Part shown: piece after piece, positions 1 through 9,542 of the stretch
Layout of the letters: every line of letters starts with the position of its first letter
How positions within the stretch are numbered: the first letter of the stretch is position 1
NCBI GenBank assembly: GCA_964544065.1
Contig: CAZJBA010000004.1
Coordinates: 1-37,719, forward strand
DNA length: 37,719 nucleotides
Reading direction: 5' to 3'
Origin: an uncultured Anaerolineales bacterium
Lineage (GTDB): Bacteria; Chloroflexota; Anaerolineae; Anaerolineales; UBA11858
Translations under genes and position numbers: made by a program
Notes under the pieces: model-generated
The model's input: the letters and a program-made list of their open reading frames with translations, nothing else
What the model was told of the DNA's origin: nothing
Database searches by the model: none

Positions 1-117
1 ATGTCATATTTTCGAATAGACCACAGCGGAGCCGCCGATTGAGTGGTGCCCTGAGTTTATCGAAGGGTAGCGCAGCCCATTTTATATGTATTATAACCAA
101 CAAGACAGATAAAACCT

Positions 118-1110
118 ATGACCTCCCCTACTATCCCTGTTTCAAGCAAAAAAATTCTCGTCGTCGAGGATAACCGAGACGTTCGCAGGACAATTGCAAA
201 ATATCTCCAAATGGAAAATTACCTCGTCCTGCAGGCAAAAAACGGCAAGGAGGCACTCAAATCGCTTGAGAATTTCAGACCTGATCTGATCCTCTCTGAC
301 ATTAATATGCCAGAGCAAAATGGGATCAAATTTTACAAACAGGTCCGCAAAAAAAGTGAGTGGGTCACCATTCCCTTTATCTTTCTCTCGGGTGATGACT
401 CGCCTCAAAGCATCAAAAAAAGCCGCAACCTGGGGGTCGAAGACTACTTGACAAAACCTATCCGCCCAAAAGATTTGGTCAGCACCATCAATGCTCGCTT
501 GCTGCGAGCCGCCGAGGTCGAAGTCGCCCATATCGGGCAAGCTTACCTGGAAACCGTTAACGTCTTGGCCAACGCGATTGAAGGCCGCGACCATTATACG
601 CGCGGCCATGTTGATCGCGTCACTCAATATGCTATTTGGATGGCAAGAGAATTACGTTGGCCTGAGGAACAAATCAGAATCCTCGAATTTGGCTGCCGTC
701 TCCACGACATTGGGAAAATCATCGTCCCAGATCACATCCTCAACAAAAAAGCAAAGTTGAACAAAGACGAATGGCAGCTTATGCGGAAACATCCGCAGGC
801 TGGAGCGAAAATGCTCAAGAACATCAACCATTTGGATAGCACGTTGCCCTATATTCTATACCACCATGAACGCTGGAATGGAAGCGGTTACCCCGAGGGC
901 TTAGGAGAACGCGAGATTCCTTTAGAAGCACGCTTGTTGGCGATTGCAGACATCTACGACGCGCTCTCGACTGAACGCCCTTACCACCCGGCGCGCCCCC
1001 ATTTTGAAGTACTCAAATATATAAAACTGACTGCCGGGAAAGAGGTTGATCCCGATCTTGCTCCTATCTTCATCAAAGTAATGAAACAACACTATCAGGG
1101 AAACGCTTAA
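118..1110 (+). CDS. Response regulator receiver domain fused to an HD-GYP domain (putative c-di-GMP phosphodiesterase, RpfG-like)
   Basis: N-terminal CheY-like receiver (KILVVEDN..., DLILSDINMP, YLTKP). C-terminal HD-GYP signatures HDIGK and HHERWNGSGYP. 330 aa ORF. Confidence 0.88.
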   Translation: MTSPTIPVSSKKILVVEDNRDVRRTIAKYLQMENYLVLQAKNGKEALKSLENFRPDLILSDINMPEQNGIKFYKQVRKKSEWVTIPFIFLSGDDSPQSIKKSRNLGVEDYLTKPIRPKDLVSTINARLLRAAEVEVAHIGQAYLETVNVLANAIEGRDHYTRGHVDRVTQYAIWMARELRWPEEQIRILEFGCRLHDIGKIIVPDHILNKKAKLNKDEWQLMRKHPQAGAKMLKNINHLDSTLPYILYHHERWNGSGYPEGLGEREIPLEARLLAIADIYDALSTERPYHPARPHFEVLKYIKLTAGKEVDPDLAPIFIKVMKQHYQGNA

Positions 1111-1117
1111 CCGCAAC

Positions 1118-2122
1118 ATGTCCTTAGAAATTCTGCCTCCAAAGAGGCTCGTCCTTATCGTAGAGGATAATAGCCAAGTGCGAAGAATCGTTAGAAAGTC
1201 ACTTGAACAGGAGGGCTATGCCACAAAAGAGGCCAAGAATGGACAAGAAGCGCTTGAATTACTCAACGAGATCAACCCTGATCTCATTCTTTCAGACATC
1301 AATATGCCCAAATTAGATGGGTTTGCATTCTACGAACAATGGAGAAGCTCGTCTCAGGGGACAACTATCCCATTTATCTTTCTCACGTCGGCAGATTCGC
1401 CCGAAGAAATCCAACGCGGTAGGAACATGGGTGTGGAGGACTACCTCACCAAGCCGATTGACAACGAAGAGTTAGTTGAAATCATCACAGCCAGACTTTA
1501 CCGAATGGCGGAAATCGAGGCCGCCCATATGGAAAAAGCGTATCTCGACACGGTCAAATCATTGGCCACTGCGATTGAAGGACGTGATAGGTATACCCGC
1601 GGCCATATCGACCGAATTACGACCTATTCGTTATGGGTCGCCAAGACGTTAAAATGGCCCAAGTATCACATAAGGAATCTGAAATTTGGCGCCGGGTTGC
1701 ATGACATTGGCAAAGTCGCCATCCCAGCAAAAATCCTTAATAAACCTGATCCTTTAACAAAGGATGAATGGAACATAATGAAAAAACACCCTTTACTGGG
1801 CGTCAAGATGATCCAAGGAATTCAATATTTGCGCGGAGCTAGACCATACATTTTGTGTCATCACGAGTGTTGGAATGGAAGTGGCTATCCGAAAGGGTTG
1901 GCCGGAGAACAAATTCCAATTCAAGGCCGTTTGCTATCCATCGTCGACACCTATGAAACCCTGACAACCACTCGACCTTATCGGCCAGCCCGTCCACACA
2001 AAGAGGTGATACAATACCTAAGCAAAAGAGCCGGCAAGGAATTCGACCCCGAATTAACCCGTATCTTCATCGAGGTCATCAATCAGTATCGAGACGCGCA
2101 AAAACGGAACCACCAATCATAG
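1118..2122 (+). CDS. Second receiver/HD-GYP response regulator, tandem paralog of the preceding gene
   Basis: Same architecture and collinear motifs (LVLIVEDN, DLILSDINMP, YLTKP, HDIGK, HHECWNGSGYP). Starts 7 nt after the previous stop. Confidence 0.88.
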   Translation: MSLEILPPKRLVLIVEDNSQVRRIVRKSLEQEGYATKEAKNGQEALELLNEINPDLILSDINMPKLDGFAFYEQWRSSSQGTTIPFIFLTSADSPEEIQRGRNMGVEDYLTKPIDNEELVEIITARLYRMAEIEAAHMEKAYLDTVKSLATAIEGRDRYTRGHIDRITTYSLWVAKTLKWPKYHIRNLKFGAGLHDIGKVAIPAKILNKPDPLTKDEWNIMKKHPLLGVKMIQGIQYLRGARPYILCHHECWNGSGYPKGLAGEQIPIQGRLLSIVDTYETLTTTRPYRPARPHKEVIQYLSKRAGKEFDPELTRIFIEVINQYRDAQKRNHQS

Positions 2123-2135
2123 AGGCAGATAGAGC

Positions 2136-2993
2136 ATGAATATTCAAGTTGTTACCGACAGCACCTGCGATCTACCCAAAGCGCTAAGCGAACAAAACAA
2201 GATCCACATTATTCCGCTTTACATCAACATGGGCGATCAAGGGTATATTGATGGCATTGATTTAACCCGCCAAGAATTTTACCAACGCCTGCCCAATCAA
2301 ATCCCACCCCCTACAACGGCAACACCGAGCATAGACACGTTCCTGAATGTGTATAAAGATCTGATTGAGCAGGGTGCAAACCATATTTTTTCCATCCACA
2401 TCTCCGAGAAACTGAGCGCCACTGTCAACGTCGCCCGCAGGGCAGCGGAACAAATCAAATCCCTGCCCCTCAAAGTGCCAGTCACGGTGATCGACTCGCA
2501 ACAAATCAGCATGGGGACGGGCTTCGTCGTGCTCAAAGCGGTCGAGTTGGTCTCCGAAGGTTTGGGGAGCACGGAGATTTTGGAGTGTCTGGAAGCGTTC
2601 CATCCGCGCGTGTTTGTGTTTGCCGCCCTGGACACGCTCGAATACCTGCGGCGCAGCGGCCGGATGAACAACGTGATCGCCGGGATTGGCAGCCTGCTAC
2701 AAGTCAAGCCACTGCTCAAGATGCATCAGGGTGAGCCGATGTCCGAAAAAGTGCGCACCAAATCACGGTCCATTCAACGCCTGATCAATCTCGTTCAAGA
2801 GGTGGGCGCCCTCGAAAAAATTGCCTTGGTGCACACGAACGCGCCCAACACAGCCGACGAATTGTGGAAGAAAGTCAAACCGCTGTTTCCCAATTTCGAC
2901 AAGCCGATCTCGGTGAACGTGACCCCGGTGATAGGCACCCACCTGGGGCCGAATGCAGTTGGATTTGCGCTGATTCAAGCGGCTAAAACGTAG
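2136..2993 (+). CDS. DegV family fatty-acid-binding protein
   Basis: Typical DegV N-terminus (IQVVTDSTCDLP), about 285 aa, C-terminal pattern VTPVIGTHLGPNAVGFA. Confidence 0.85.
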   Translation: MNIQVVTDSTCDLPKALSEQNKIHIIPLYINMGDQGYIDGIDLTRQEFYQRLPNQIPPPTTATPSIDTFLNVYKDLIEQGANHIFSIHISEKLSATVNVARRAAEQIKSLPLKVPVTVIDSQQISMGTGFVVLKAVELVSEGLGSTEILECLEAFHPRVFVFAALDTLEYLRRSGRMNNVIAGIGSLLQVKPLLKMHQGEPMSEKVRTKSRSIQRLINLVQEVGALEKIALVHTNAPNTADELWKKVKPLFPNFDKPISVNVTPVIGTHLGPNAVGFALIQAAKT

Positions 2994-3098
2994 TGCGTTC
3001 GATTGCAACCCAAAGAGGCCGGTAGGTTTCTGTAACCGGCGCGCCGAGGTGTTAATCCCTGATTTTCCGAAGAAGACGAAGAAGACAAGGACATAGCT

Positions 3099-3443
3099 AT
3101 GAATATTCTTACAGTCCCCCAATTGATCGCCGTGATCGGCACATTCGCGACGGGCTTCTATGCCCTATTTTGGCCCAAAGCGGTGAAAGGCTTCACCGGA
3201 TTGCGTTTCGACGATGGCCGTGGTGTCACCGAAATACGTGCCGTGATGGGAGGCTTCTTTATTGGCCTGGCAGCGGCAGCCTTTTTCCTCGACAAAAGCA
3301 CCACCTACCCCATGCTGGGGATCACCTATCTGGCCGTCGCCGCGGTGCGCCTGGTCTCCATGTTCGTGGACGATTCGGTGGTCAAATCCAACCTCATCAG
3401 TCTGGCCGTCGAAATCATCTTCGGCATCGTTCTCATCCTCTAA
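3099..3443 (+). CDS. Small integral membrane protein, unknown function (possibly DUF4345-like)
   Basis: 114 aa with four hydrophobic segments and coherent codon usage. Family name is from memory only. Confidence 0.6.
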   Translation: MNILTVPQLIAVIGTFATGFYALFWPKAVKGFTGLRFDDGRGVTEIRAVMGGFFIGLAAAAFFLDKSTTYPMLGITYLAVAAVRLVSMFVDDSVVKSNLISLAVEIIFGIVLIL

Positions 3444-3461
3444 ACCACAGGAAGGAGTCCC

Positions 3462-3806
3462 ATGAAACTGGCAAAAATTATCGCCTGGATCGGCCTATTG
3501 GCCATGAGCGCCGTTTTGATCTACGGATTCACGGCGGGAAACTTTAACGAAGACGGCAGCGAAATTCTGGCCAACCCCTGGGGGATCGTCTCGTTGGTTG
3601 ACCTGTATGTTGGCTTCGCCCTCTTTTCGGGCTGGATCGTCTACCGGGAGAAATACGCTCCGGTTGCCGCTGTGTGGATCATCCTGATGTTGGTGCTGGG
3701 ATTCTTCACCGGCGCGCTGTACACGCTTGTAGCGCTTTACACAAGCCGCGGCGATTGGCAGCGTTTCTGGCTTGGAGCTAGAGCCAAAACGCAACATGAT
3801 GAATAA
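3462..3806 (+). CDS. Small integral membrane protein, unknown function (possibly DUF1475-like)
   Basis: 114 aa with three or four hydrophobic segments. GGAGT lies just upstream of the ATG. Family name is from memory only. Confidence 0.6.
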   Translation: MKLAKIIAWIGLLAMSAVLIYGFTAGNFNEDGSEILANPWGIVSLVDLYVGFALFSGWIVYREKYAPVAAVWIILMLVLGFFTGALYTLVALYTSRGDWQRFWLGARAKTQHDE

Positions 3807-4473
3807 GTTCCAGGAACTGGTCGAAGAATTCAAGACCGTCCTGGGCGGCGGCAACCGAATCATTGATGTGGTCGTCCCGCCGCTGGTCTTCATCCTGGTC
3901 AATCGTTTCGCCAGCTTGACCATCGCCACGGTCAGCGCCTTGCTGATTGCCATCGGGCTGCTCGCTCTGCGCCTGGCGCGGGGCAGGAGCTTTGGCTATG
4001 CCATTGGCGGCTTGGCCAGCGCCGGATTGGCCGCCCTGCTGGCTTACCTGACCCAAACCCCCAGCGGATTTTTCCTCCCCGGGCTGGTCAGCGGCGGACT
4101 GACCGTCGGGCTGGCCTTGCTTAGCCTAATGTTCAAACGCCCCCTGGCAGCCTGGAGCAGCCACCTCACTCGCGGCTGGCCCCTGGCATGGTACTGGCAT
4201 CCCCAAATCCGCCCGGCCTACCAGGAAGTCACCTGGGGATGGGCCGTCTTTTTTGGGGCCCGTTTCTACATCCAACTCCAGGCCTATCTCCAGAACGACA
4301 GCGCTTCTCTTGGAATCATCCAGTTGTTGACCGGCTGGCCCGCCTTGATCGTGGTGCTGGCACTCAGTTACATCTACGGGCTCTGGCGCCTGGGCAACCT
4401 TCAAGGTCCCAGTGTGGAGGAATTCGAACAAGACGCCGAGCCGCCCTGGGAGGGACAGACACGCGGCTTCTAG
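3796..4473 (+). CDS. Integral membrane protein, unknown function (possibly DUF3159-like)
   Basis: The ORF opens at 3772. I prefer the ATG at 3796 (MMNKFQELVEEF), which overlaps the previous gene by 11 nt. Multiple hydrophobic helices. Confidence 0.55.
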   Translation: MMNKFQELVEEFKTVLGGGNRIIDVVVPPLVFILVNRFASLTIATVSALLIAIGLLALRLARGRSFGYAIGGLASAGLAALLAYLTQTPSGFFLPGLVSGGLTVGLALLSLMFKRPLAAWSSHLTRGWPLAWYWHPQIRPAYQEVTWGWAVFFGARFYIQLQAYLQNDSASLGIIQLLTGWPALIVVLALSYIYGLWRLGNLQGPSVEEFEQDAEPPWEGQTRGF

Positions 4474-4509
4474 ATGACCATTCTCTCATCTCTGATCATC
4501 AACGGATGG

Positions 4510-4542
4510 CACGGATTTTCAATCTTGAATCCGTGTCTTTCC
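4510..4542 (+). terminator. Hairpin CACGGATT-N10-AATCCGTG followed by TCTTTCC, possible terminator or operator upstream of tex
   Basis: 8-bp perfect stem (4510-4517 / 4528-4535), read directly. The U-tract is weak. Confidence 0.35.
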
Positions 4543-4594
4543 ATGTTAGCCCCCGCTCCGAAAAAGTATCAAAAGGCAGGAAATCAAACTGATC

Positions 4595-6727
4595 ATGAAC
4601 AACATCGACACAATTGCTGAACAGTTAAACATCAAGCAAGAGCAAGTCGCCGCCACGGTGGAACTGCTCGACGACGACAACACCGTCCCCTTCATCGCCC
4701 GTTACCGCAAGGAGGCCACCGGCGGCCTGGACGAGGAACAGATTCGCCAGATCAAAGCGCAACTCGAAAGCCTGCGCGCCCTGGACGAGCGCCGCCAGAC
4801 GGTACTCAAAACGATCCAGGAGCAGGACAAGCTGACTCCGGAACTGCGCCAAGAGATTCTCGCGGCCGAGACACGCACGGAACTGGAAGACCTCTACCAA
4901 CCCTATAAACCCAAGCGGAAGACGCGCGCCAGTGTCGCCCGCAAAAAGGGTTTGCAACCCCTGGCTGATCTGATCATCGAGCAGATTCGCACCACCGAGT
5001 CCGCGGAGCAAGTCGCAGCCCCTTTTCTCCGTGACAGCGTGACCGATTCCGACGCAGCCCTGGCCGGAGCCCGGGACATCGTCGCCGAAGCGATCAGCGA
5101 TCAGGCCGAAATCCGCCAAACCACCCGCAAGAAGGCGCTCAAGTGGGGGCGGCAGATCACAGAAAAGAGCGCCGACGCCGACGACCCCCGCAAGGTGTAC
5201 GAGCAATATTATCAGGCCGATCTGAGCGTCGACCGCTTGCGCCCGCACCAGATTCTGGCGATCAACCGGGCCGAACGGGAAGGCGTGTTGCGGGTCAACG
5301 TTGCGGTGGCCGAACGAGATTGGCGCGGCGCCATCCGGCGCCATTTCCGCAGCGACGCCCGCTCCCCGCTGGCCGATCATCTGGACGCGGCGATCGACGA
5401 TGCCGCCAAGCGGCTGTTGCTCCCGGCCATCGAACGGGATGTGCTCCGGGCCTTGACCGAACAGGCCGAGGCGCACGCCATCCAGGTCTTCGCCAAGAAC
5501 CTGCGCGCCCTGCTCACGCAGCCGCCTCTGAGCGGGCACGTGGTCATGGGCATCGACCCCGGATTCCGGACCGGGTGCAAAGTTGCCGTTGTAGACCCAA
5601 CCGGCGATCCGTTAGAAGAGGCGACGATCTACCCGCACCCTCCGCAGTCAAACAGCCAGGCCGCTGCCCAAACGCTGGCATCCTTGATCCAGCGGCACGC
5701 CGTTACCCTGATCGCCATCGGCAATGGCACCGCCTCGCGCGAGACCGAGCAACTCATCGCCGAGTTGATCGCCAGCGCCCCGGACATCGAACTCCATTAT
5801 CTGATCGCCTCCGAAGCGGGCGCCAGCGTCTATTCCGCCAGCAAGCTGGCCCGCGCCGAACTGCCCGAAATGGACGTCTCCATGCGCGGGGCGGTCTCCA
5901 TCGCCCGGCGGGTGCAAGATCCGCTGGCCGAGCTGGTCAAAATCGACCCCCGCTCGCTGGGCGTGGGCATGTACCAGCACGACATCAACCAGAACGCCCT
6001 CGGCGAGGCCCTCGACACCGTCGTCGAAAGCGTCGTCAACCAGATCGGCGTCGACGTCAACACCGCTTCCCCCGCCCTGCTCCAGCACATCGCCGGGATC
6101 GGTCCCACCCTGGCAGAGAAGATCGTCGAACACCGCCAGAAACACGGCCCTTTCGAGGATCGCGAGGCGCTGCTGGACGTCCACGGGATGGGGCCGAAGA
6201 CGTTCCAACAGGCGGCCGGATTTTTACGGATCATGGATGGCGACAATCCCCTGGACCGGACGGCGATCCACCCGGAGAGTTATCCCGTTGCCGAGGCCGT
6301 GATCAGCCGGGCGGGCTTGGAACTGGATTCCGGCCCCGAGGAACGCCAGACCAGCCTGGAGGGATTGTGGCGCCGCGTCCCCCCGGAAGCATTGGCCGCC
6401 GAGTTGGGCACGGGCCTCCCCACCCTGGAGGACATCTGCAAGCAACTGATCCATCCGGGCCGCGATCCTCGCGAAGACCTGCCCAAGCCGATTCTGCGCA
6501 GCGACGTGCTCTCCATGGACGATCTCACCCAGGGGATGAGGCTTCAGGGCACGGTCCGAAACGTGGTTGACTTCGGCGCTTTCATCGACATCGGCGTCAA
6601 GCAAGACGGTCTGCTGCATCGCTCGAAAATTCCCCCTGGAGAACAGCTTCAGGTCGGGGACATCCTGACGGTCAGCATCCTAAAAGTGGAAAAGGAACGC
6701 GGGCGCATTTCGTTAGGCTGGAGTTAA
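4595..6727 (+). CDS. tex: Tex-like transcription accessory protein (YqgF/RuvC-like, helix-hairpin-helix and C-terminal S1 domains)
   Basis: 710 aa. N-terminal motif VPFIARYRKEATGGLDE, a central GIDPGFRTGCKVAVVD YqgF-like nuclease fold, and a C-terminal S1 domain (GTVRNVVDFGAFIDIGVKQDGLLH). Confidence 0.92.
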   Translation: MNNIDTIAEQLNIKQEQVAATVELLDDDNTVPFIARYRKEATGGLDEEQIRQIKAQLESLRALDERRQTVLKTIQEQDKLTPELRQEILAAETRTELEDLYQPYKPKRKTRASVARKKGLQPLADLIIEQIRTTESAEQVAAPFLRDSVTDSDAALAGARDIVAEAISDQAEIRQTTRKKALKWGRQITEKSADADDPRKVYEQYYQADLSVDRLRPHQILAINRAEREGVLRVNVAVAERDWRGAIRRHFRSDARSPLADHLDAAIDDAAKRLLLPAIERDVLRALTEQAEAHAIQVFAKNLRALLTQPPLSGHVVMGIDPGFRTGCKVAVVDPTGDPLEEATIYPHPPQSNSQAAAQTLASLIQRHAVTLIAIGNGTASRETEQLIAELIASAPDIELHYLIASEAGASVYSASKLARAELPEMDVSMRGAVSIARRVQDPLAELVKIDPRSLGVGMYQHDINQNALGEALDTVVESVVNQIGVDVNTASPALLQHIAGIGPTLAEKIVEHRQKHGPFEDREALLDVHGMGPKTFQQAAGFLRIMDGDNPLDRTAIHPESYPVAEAVISRAGLELDSGPEERQTSLEGLWRRVPPEALAAELGTGLPTLEDICKQLIHPGRDPREDLPKPILRSDVLSMDDLTQGMRLQGTVRNVVDFGAFIDIGVKQDGLLHRSKIPPGEQLQVGDILTVSILKVEKERGRISLGWS

Positions 6728-6852
6728 AGTGGGAGGGGGAAATTCTTATAAAATGATAAGATTTCTCTTACGTCTTTCATATACTGATTTTTTATACTGT
6801 AAGCAAATGGATGAAGTCAAAATAGTATCCAAAATTCAAAGGAGGTTTGTAT

Positions 6853-7290
6853 ATGTACAGACGGTATAGACCACTTTCAATTTGGCGGGAAATGGATCGG
6901 CTACAACGTGAGATGAACCGTGTTTTCGACAACTATACATCCGGTCGCACGAGTGTAGCGCCCAGTTATCCGGCCGTGAATGTTTGGGCTGACGAAGAGA
7001 GCACGCTGATCACCGCAGAATTACCCGGCCTGACCAGCGATGACATCGAAATCGACGTGTTAGACAACACACTTACGTTGACCGGCGAGCGAAAAGCTGA
7101 AGAACTGCCGGAAGGAGCCCGATATCATCGCCAGGAACGGGGGTATGGAAATTTCTCCCGCTCGATTCGTTTGCCTTACTCGGTAGACGTGGATAAGGTC
7201 GATGCCATTTTCAAGAATGGCGTTTTGCAAATTTCACTTCCACGCGCCGAGAAGGACCAACCCAAGAAGATCGAAGTCAAGGTCAACTAA
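6853..7290 (+). CDS. Hsp20/alpha-crystallin small heat-shock protein (copy 1)
   Basis: Alpha-crystallin domain (PAVNVWADEE..., ITAELPGL..., FSRSIRLP, NGVLQISLP). The track starts at a TTG at 6847; the ATG at 6853 sits 7 nt after AAAGGAGG. Confidence 0.9.
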   Translation: MYRRYRPLSIWREMDRLQREMNRVFDNYTSGRTSVAPSYPAVNVWADEESTLITAELPGLTSDDIEIDVLDNTLTLTGERKAEELPEGARYHRQERGYGNFSRSIRLPYSVDVDKVDAIFKNGVLQISLPRAEKDQPKKIEVKVN

Positions 7291-7302
7291 ACGGAGGTAA
7301 CG

Positions 7303-7710
7303 ATGGCTACTGAAACAAAAGAAATGGAAGTCAAAAAACAAGAAGCGTCCATGGAAGAGAGTGAACGCACTCGCGAATGCCAATGCTTCGTTCCTCGCGC
7401 CGACATTTACGAAACCGAAGATGATATTGTTGTGCTCTTGGATATGCCCGGTATCGAGAAAGACGAAATTGATGTCAGCTTGGAAAAAAACACTCTGACG
7501 GTCAACGGATACGTCAAGATCGAGGCACCCGAAGGGTATTCCCTGGCCCTGAATGAATATCGCCTGGGCGATTATGAGCGCAGTTTCCGCATCTCCAATC
7601 AGATCGACCGCGAGGGAATCGAAGCTGAGTACAATGACGGCGTTCTACGCCTGACTCTGCCGAAAGCGGAAGAGGCCAAAGAACGCAAAATCCCGGTGAA
7701 AGCCGAGTAA
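7303..7710 (+). CDS. Hsp20/alpha-crystallin small heat-shock protein (copy 2)
   Basis: PRADIYETEDDIVVLLDMPGI, FERSFRISN, DGVLRLTLPK. GGAGG Shine-Dalgarno upstream. Confidence 0.9.
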   Translation: MATETKEMEVKKQEASMEESERTRECQCFVPRADIYETEDDIVVLLDMPGIEKDEIDVSLEKNTLTVNGYVKIEAPEGYSLALNEYRLGDYERSFRISNQIDREGIEAEYNDGVLRLTLPKAEEAKERKIPVKAE

Positions 7711-7750
7711 ATTTTCGAGTTCGAACAAAACGTTGAAGGAGGCGAATTAG

Positions 7751-8266
7751 ATGGCTATCACAGATTACCTGCCTTGGAAACGCGATAAGGACGAGCTTGA
7801 AATTCGACGAGAGCCAGAAGAACAAGAATCGGTCTTGGCAATACAAGAAGAGATCGACGATCTGTTTGATGACTTTTTCAATCGTCCCTTTGGCCTGATG
7901 CGCCATCCATCAAGGGGCTTCGAAACGTTGAGCAAATTCTCGCCCAGCGTTGATGTCAGCGAAACGGCCAAACAGATCAACATCAAGGCCGAGCTTCCCG
8001 GCATGGAAGCCGACGATATCGACCTGGAAGTGCGCGACGAGATGGTCTTGATCCGAGGCGAGAAGAAGTCTGAACGAGAAGAAAAAGACGAGCAATTCTA
8101 TCGCCTTGAACGAAGTTATGGCTCTTTCCACCGCAGTATTCCGTTGCCCGCCGAGATCGACGTAGACAAAGCCAAAGCGAATTTCAAGAACGGCGTCTTG
8201 TCCATCAAGTTGCCGAAGGTGAAATCTTCGCAACCAAGGCGCAAAATCGATGTCAAATCCGGATAA
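7751..8266 (+). CDS. Hsp20/alpha-crystallin small heat-shock protein (copy 3, longer N-terminal arm)
   Basis: PSVDVSETAKQINIKAELPGM, FHRSIPLP, NGVLSIKLPK. GAAGGAGG Shine-Dalgarno upstream. Confidence 0.9.
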   Translation: MAITDYLPWKRDKDELEIRREPEEQESVLAIQEEIDDLFDDFFNRPFGLMRHPSRGFETLSKFSPSVDVSETAKQINIKAELPGMEADDIDLEVRDEMVLIRGEKKSEREEKDEQFYRLERSYGSFHRSIPLPAEIDVDKAKANFKNGVLSIKLPKVKSSQPRRKIDVKSG

Positions 8267-8288
8267 TTGAAACAGCAGTGAACGGAGA

Positions 8289-8322
8289 GAAGAGGCGGGC
8301 AGACAGCTCGCCTCTTTGCTTA
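8289..8322 (+). terminator. Rho-independent terminator candidate after the third hsp20 gene
   Basis: Stem AGAGGCG (8291-8297) / CGCCTCT (8309-8315), extendable by 1-2 pairs, followed by TTGCTT. Confidence 0.5.
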
Positions 8323-8411
8323 TCGCCTACAGAGGTGTTATACTGACGGTGGATTCAAGAATGAAACATTCAAGTCGTCCAAACTGTAGCAAAGCGGTTT
8401 AGAAAGAATAT

Positions 8412-9416
8412 ATGGAATATAAAGATTATTATAAAATCCTCGGCGTCGACCGAGACGCATCCCAGGACGAAATCAAAAAAGCTTTCCGTAACTTGGCGCG
8501 CAAATATCACCCCGACATGAACAAGGGGGACAAAGGCTCTGAAGAGAAATTCAAGGAGATCAACGAGGCCCACGAGGTGCTCTCCGATCCCGATAAGCGC
8601 CAGAAGTATGACCAATTCGGTTCCCACTGGCAGCAATATTCCCGTGCCGGAGGCCAGCCCGAAGACTTCAATTGGGGTGCCTGGCAAACGGGCCAACCTC
8701 GCGGTGGCGGCTATCAAACCCGGCGGGTTTCTCAGGAGGAGTTGGAACAACTCTTTGGTGATCTTGGGGGAATCGGCGGTAGAACAGGCATGGGCGGGGG
8801 CATGGGCGGATTCTCGGACTTCTTCGAGACCCTCTTTGGAGGGTTTGGAGGCGCCCAGCCCGGAGGGGCTTACCAGCAACAAGTCCGGCGCCAACCGCAA
8901 GCCGGAGTAGATCTGGACACTGAACATACCGTCGAAATCACGCTGGAAGAAGCCCACAAGGGAACCTCACGCCTGCTTCAATGGGAAGGTGGTCGCAAAA
9001 TCGAGGCCCAGATTCCGCCCGGTGTGAAGACCGGCTCCAAGGTGCGTTTGCGCGGCCAGGGAAGACAAACCAGGAGAGGCGAGAAGGGCGATCTCTATCT
9101 CAAGGTCAAAGTCTTGCCGCACCCGCTCTTCAAACGAAGAGGCGATGATTTGCGCACCAACGTTCCGGTTGGCCTCTATGACGCTCTGCTGGGAGGCGAA
9201 GTGGAAGTTGCCGCCCTCGACCGGCGCGTCAAACTGACCATCCCACCTGAAACCGAAAACGAGAAGGTTTTCCGGTTGAGCGGCCTGGGCATGCCCGACA
9301 TGCACAACCCTGACGAGCACGGCGATCTGCTCGTCAAGATCAATGTGTTGCTGCCCAAGAATCTTAGCGAAGAGGAAAAAGATTTATTCCGCCAATTGCG
9401 CGAGATGCGCAGTTAA
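8412..9416 (+). CDS. DnaJ-class co-chaperone without the Cys-rich zinc-finger domain (CbpA-like)
   Basis: J-domain (DYYKILGV..., KYHPD), a Gly-rich linker, and DnaJ C-terminal substrate-binding domains. No CxxCxGxG repeats. Confidence 0.88.
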   Translation: MEYKDYYKILGVDRDASQDEIKKAFRNLARKYHPDMNKGDKGSEEKFKEINEAHEVLSDPDKRQKYDQFGSHWQQYSRAGGQPEDFNWGAWQTGQPRGGGYQTRRVSQEELEQLFGDLGGIGGRTGMGGGMGGFSDFFETLFGGFGGAQPGGAYQQQVRRQPQAGVDLDTEHTVEITLEEAHKGTSRLLQWEGGRKIEAQIPPGVKTGSKVRLRGQGRQTRRGEKGDLYLKVKVLPHPLFKRRGDDLRTNVPVGLYDALLGGEVEVAALDRRVKLTIPPETENEKVFRLSGLGMPDMHNPDEHGDLLVKINVLLPKNLSEEEKDLFRQLREMRS

Positions 9417-9542
9417 AATTTCCCATGCAGAAGCAAAAATAACGCGGAGTCGCAGAGAGGGGGAGACGCAGAGTTTTAATAAAAATTAATCTCCGCGTCT
9501 CTCTAGGCGTGTTTTCTACGCCATCTCTCCGTCTCTGCGTTA

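Noticed and set aside
5143-6570. 475-aa + strand ORF, plus the minus-strand ORFs at 4625-5539 and 5648-6208, overlapping tex
   Set aside because: These are off-frame or antisense shadows of a GC-rich gene. Their translations are Arg/Pro/Gly-rich low-complexity sequence with no motifs, while the tex frame has clear conserved domains.
6728-6852. CIRCE, HAIR or ROSE/fourU heat-shock control elements upstream of the first hsp20
   Set aside because: No match to the CIRCE or HspR repeat consensus was found. No convincing U-rich segment pairs with the Shine-Dalgarno. Only a short 6-bp inverted repeat was seen.
8370-8957. 195-aa minus-strand ORF antisense to the dnaJ-like gene
   Set aside because: The + strand frame encodes an unmistakable J-domain protein, and the antisense product has no recognisable features.
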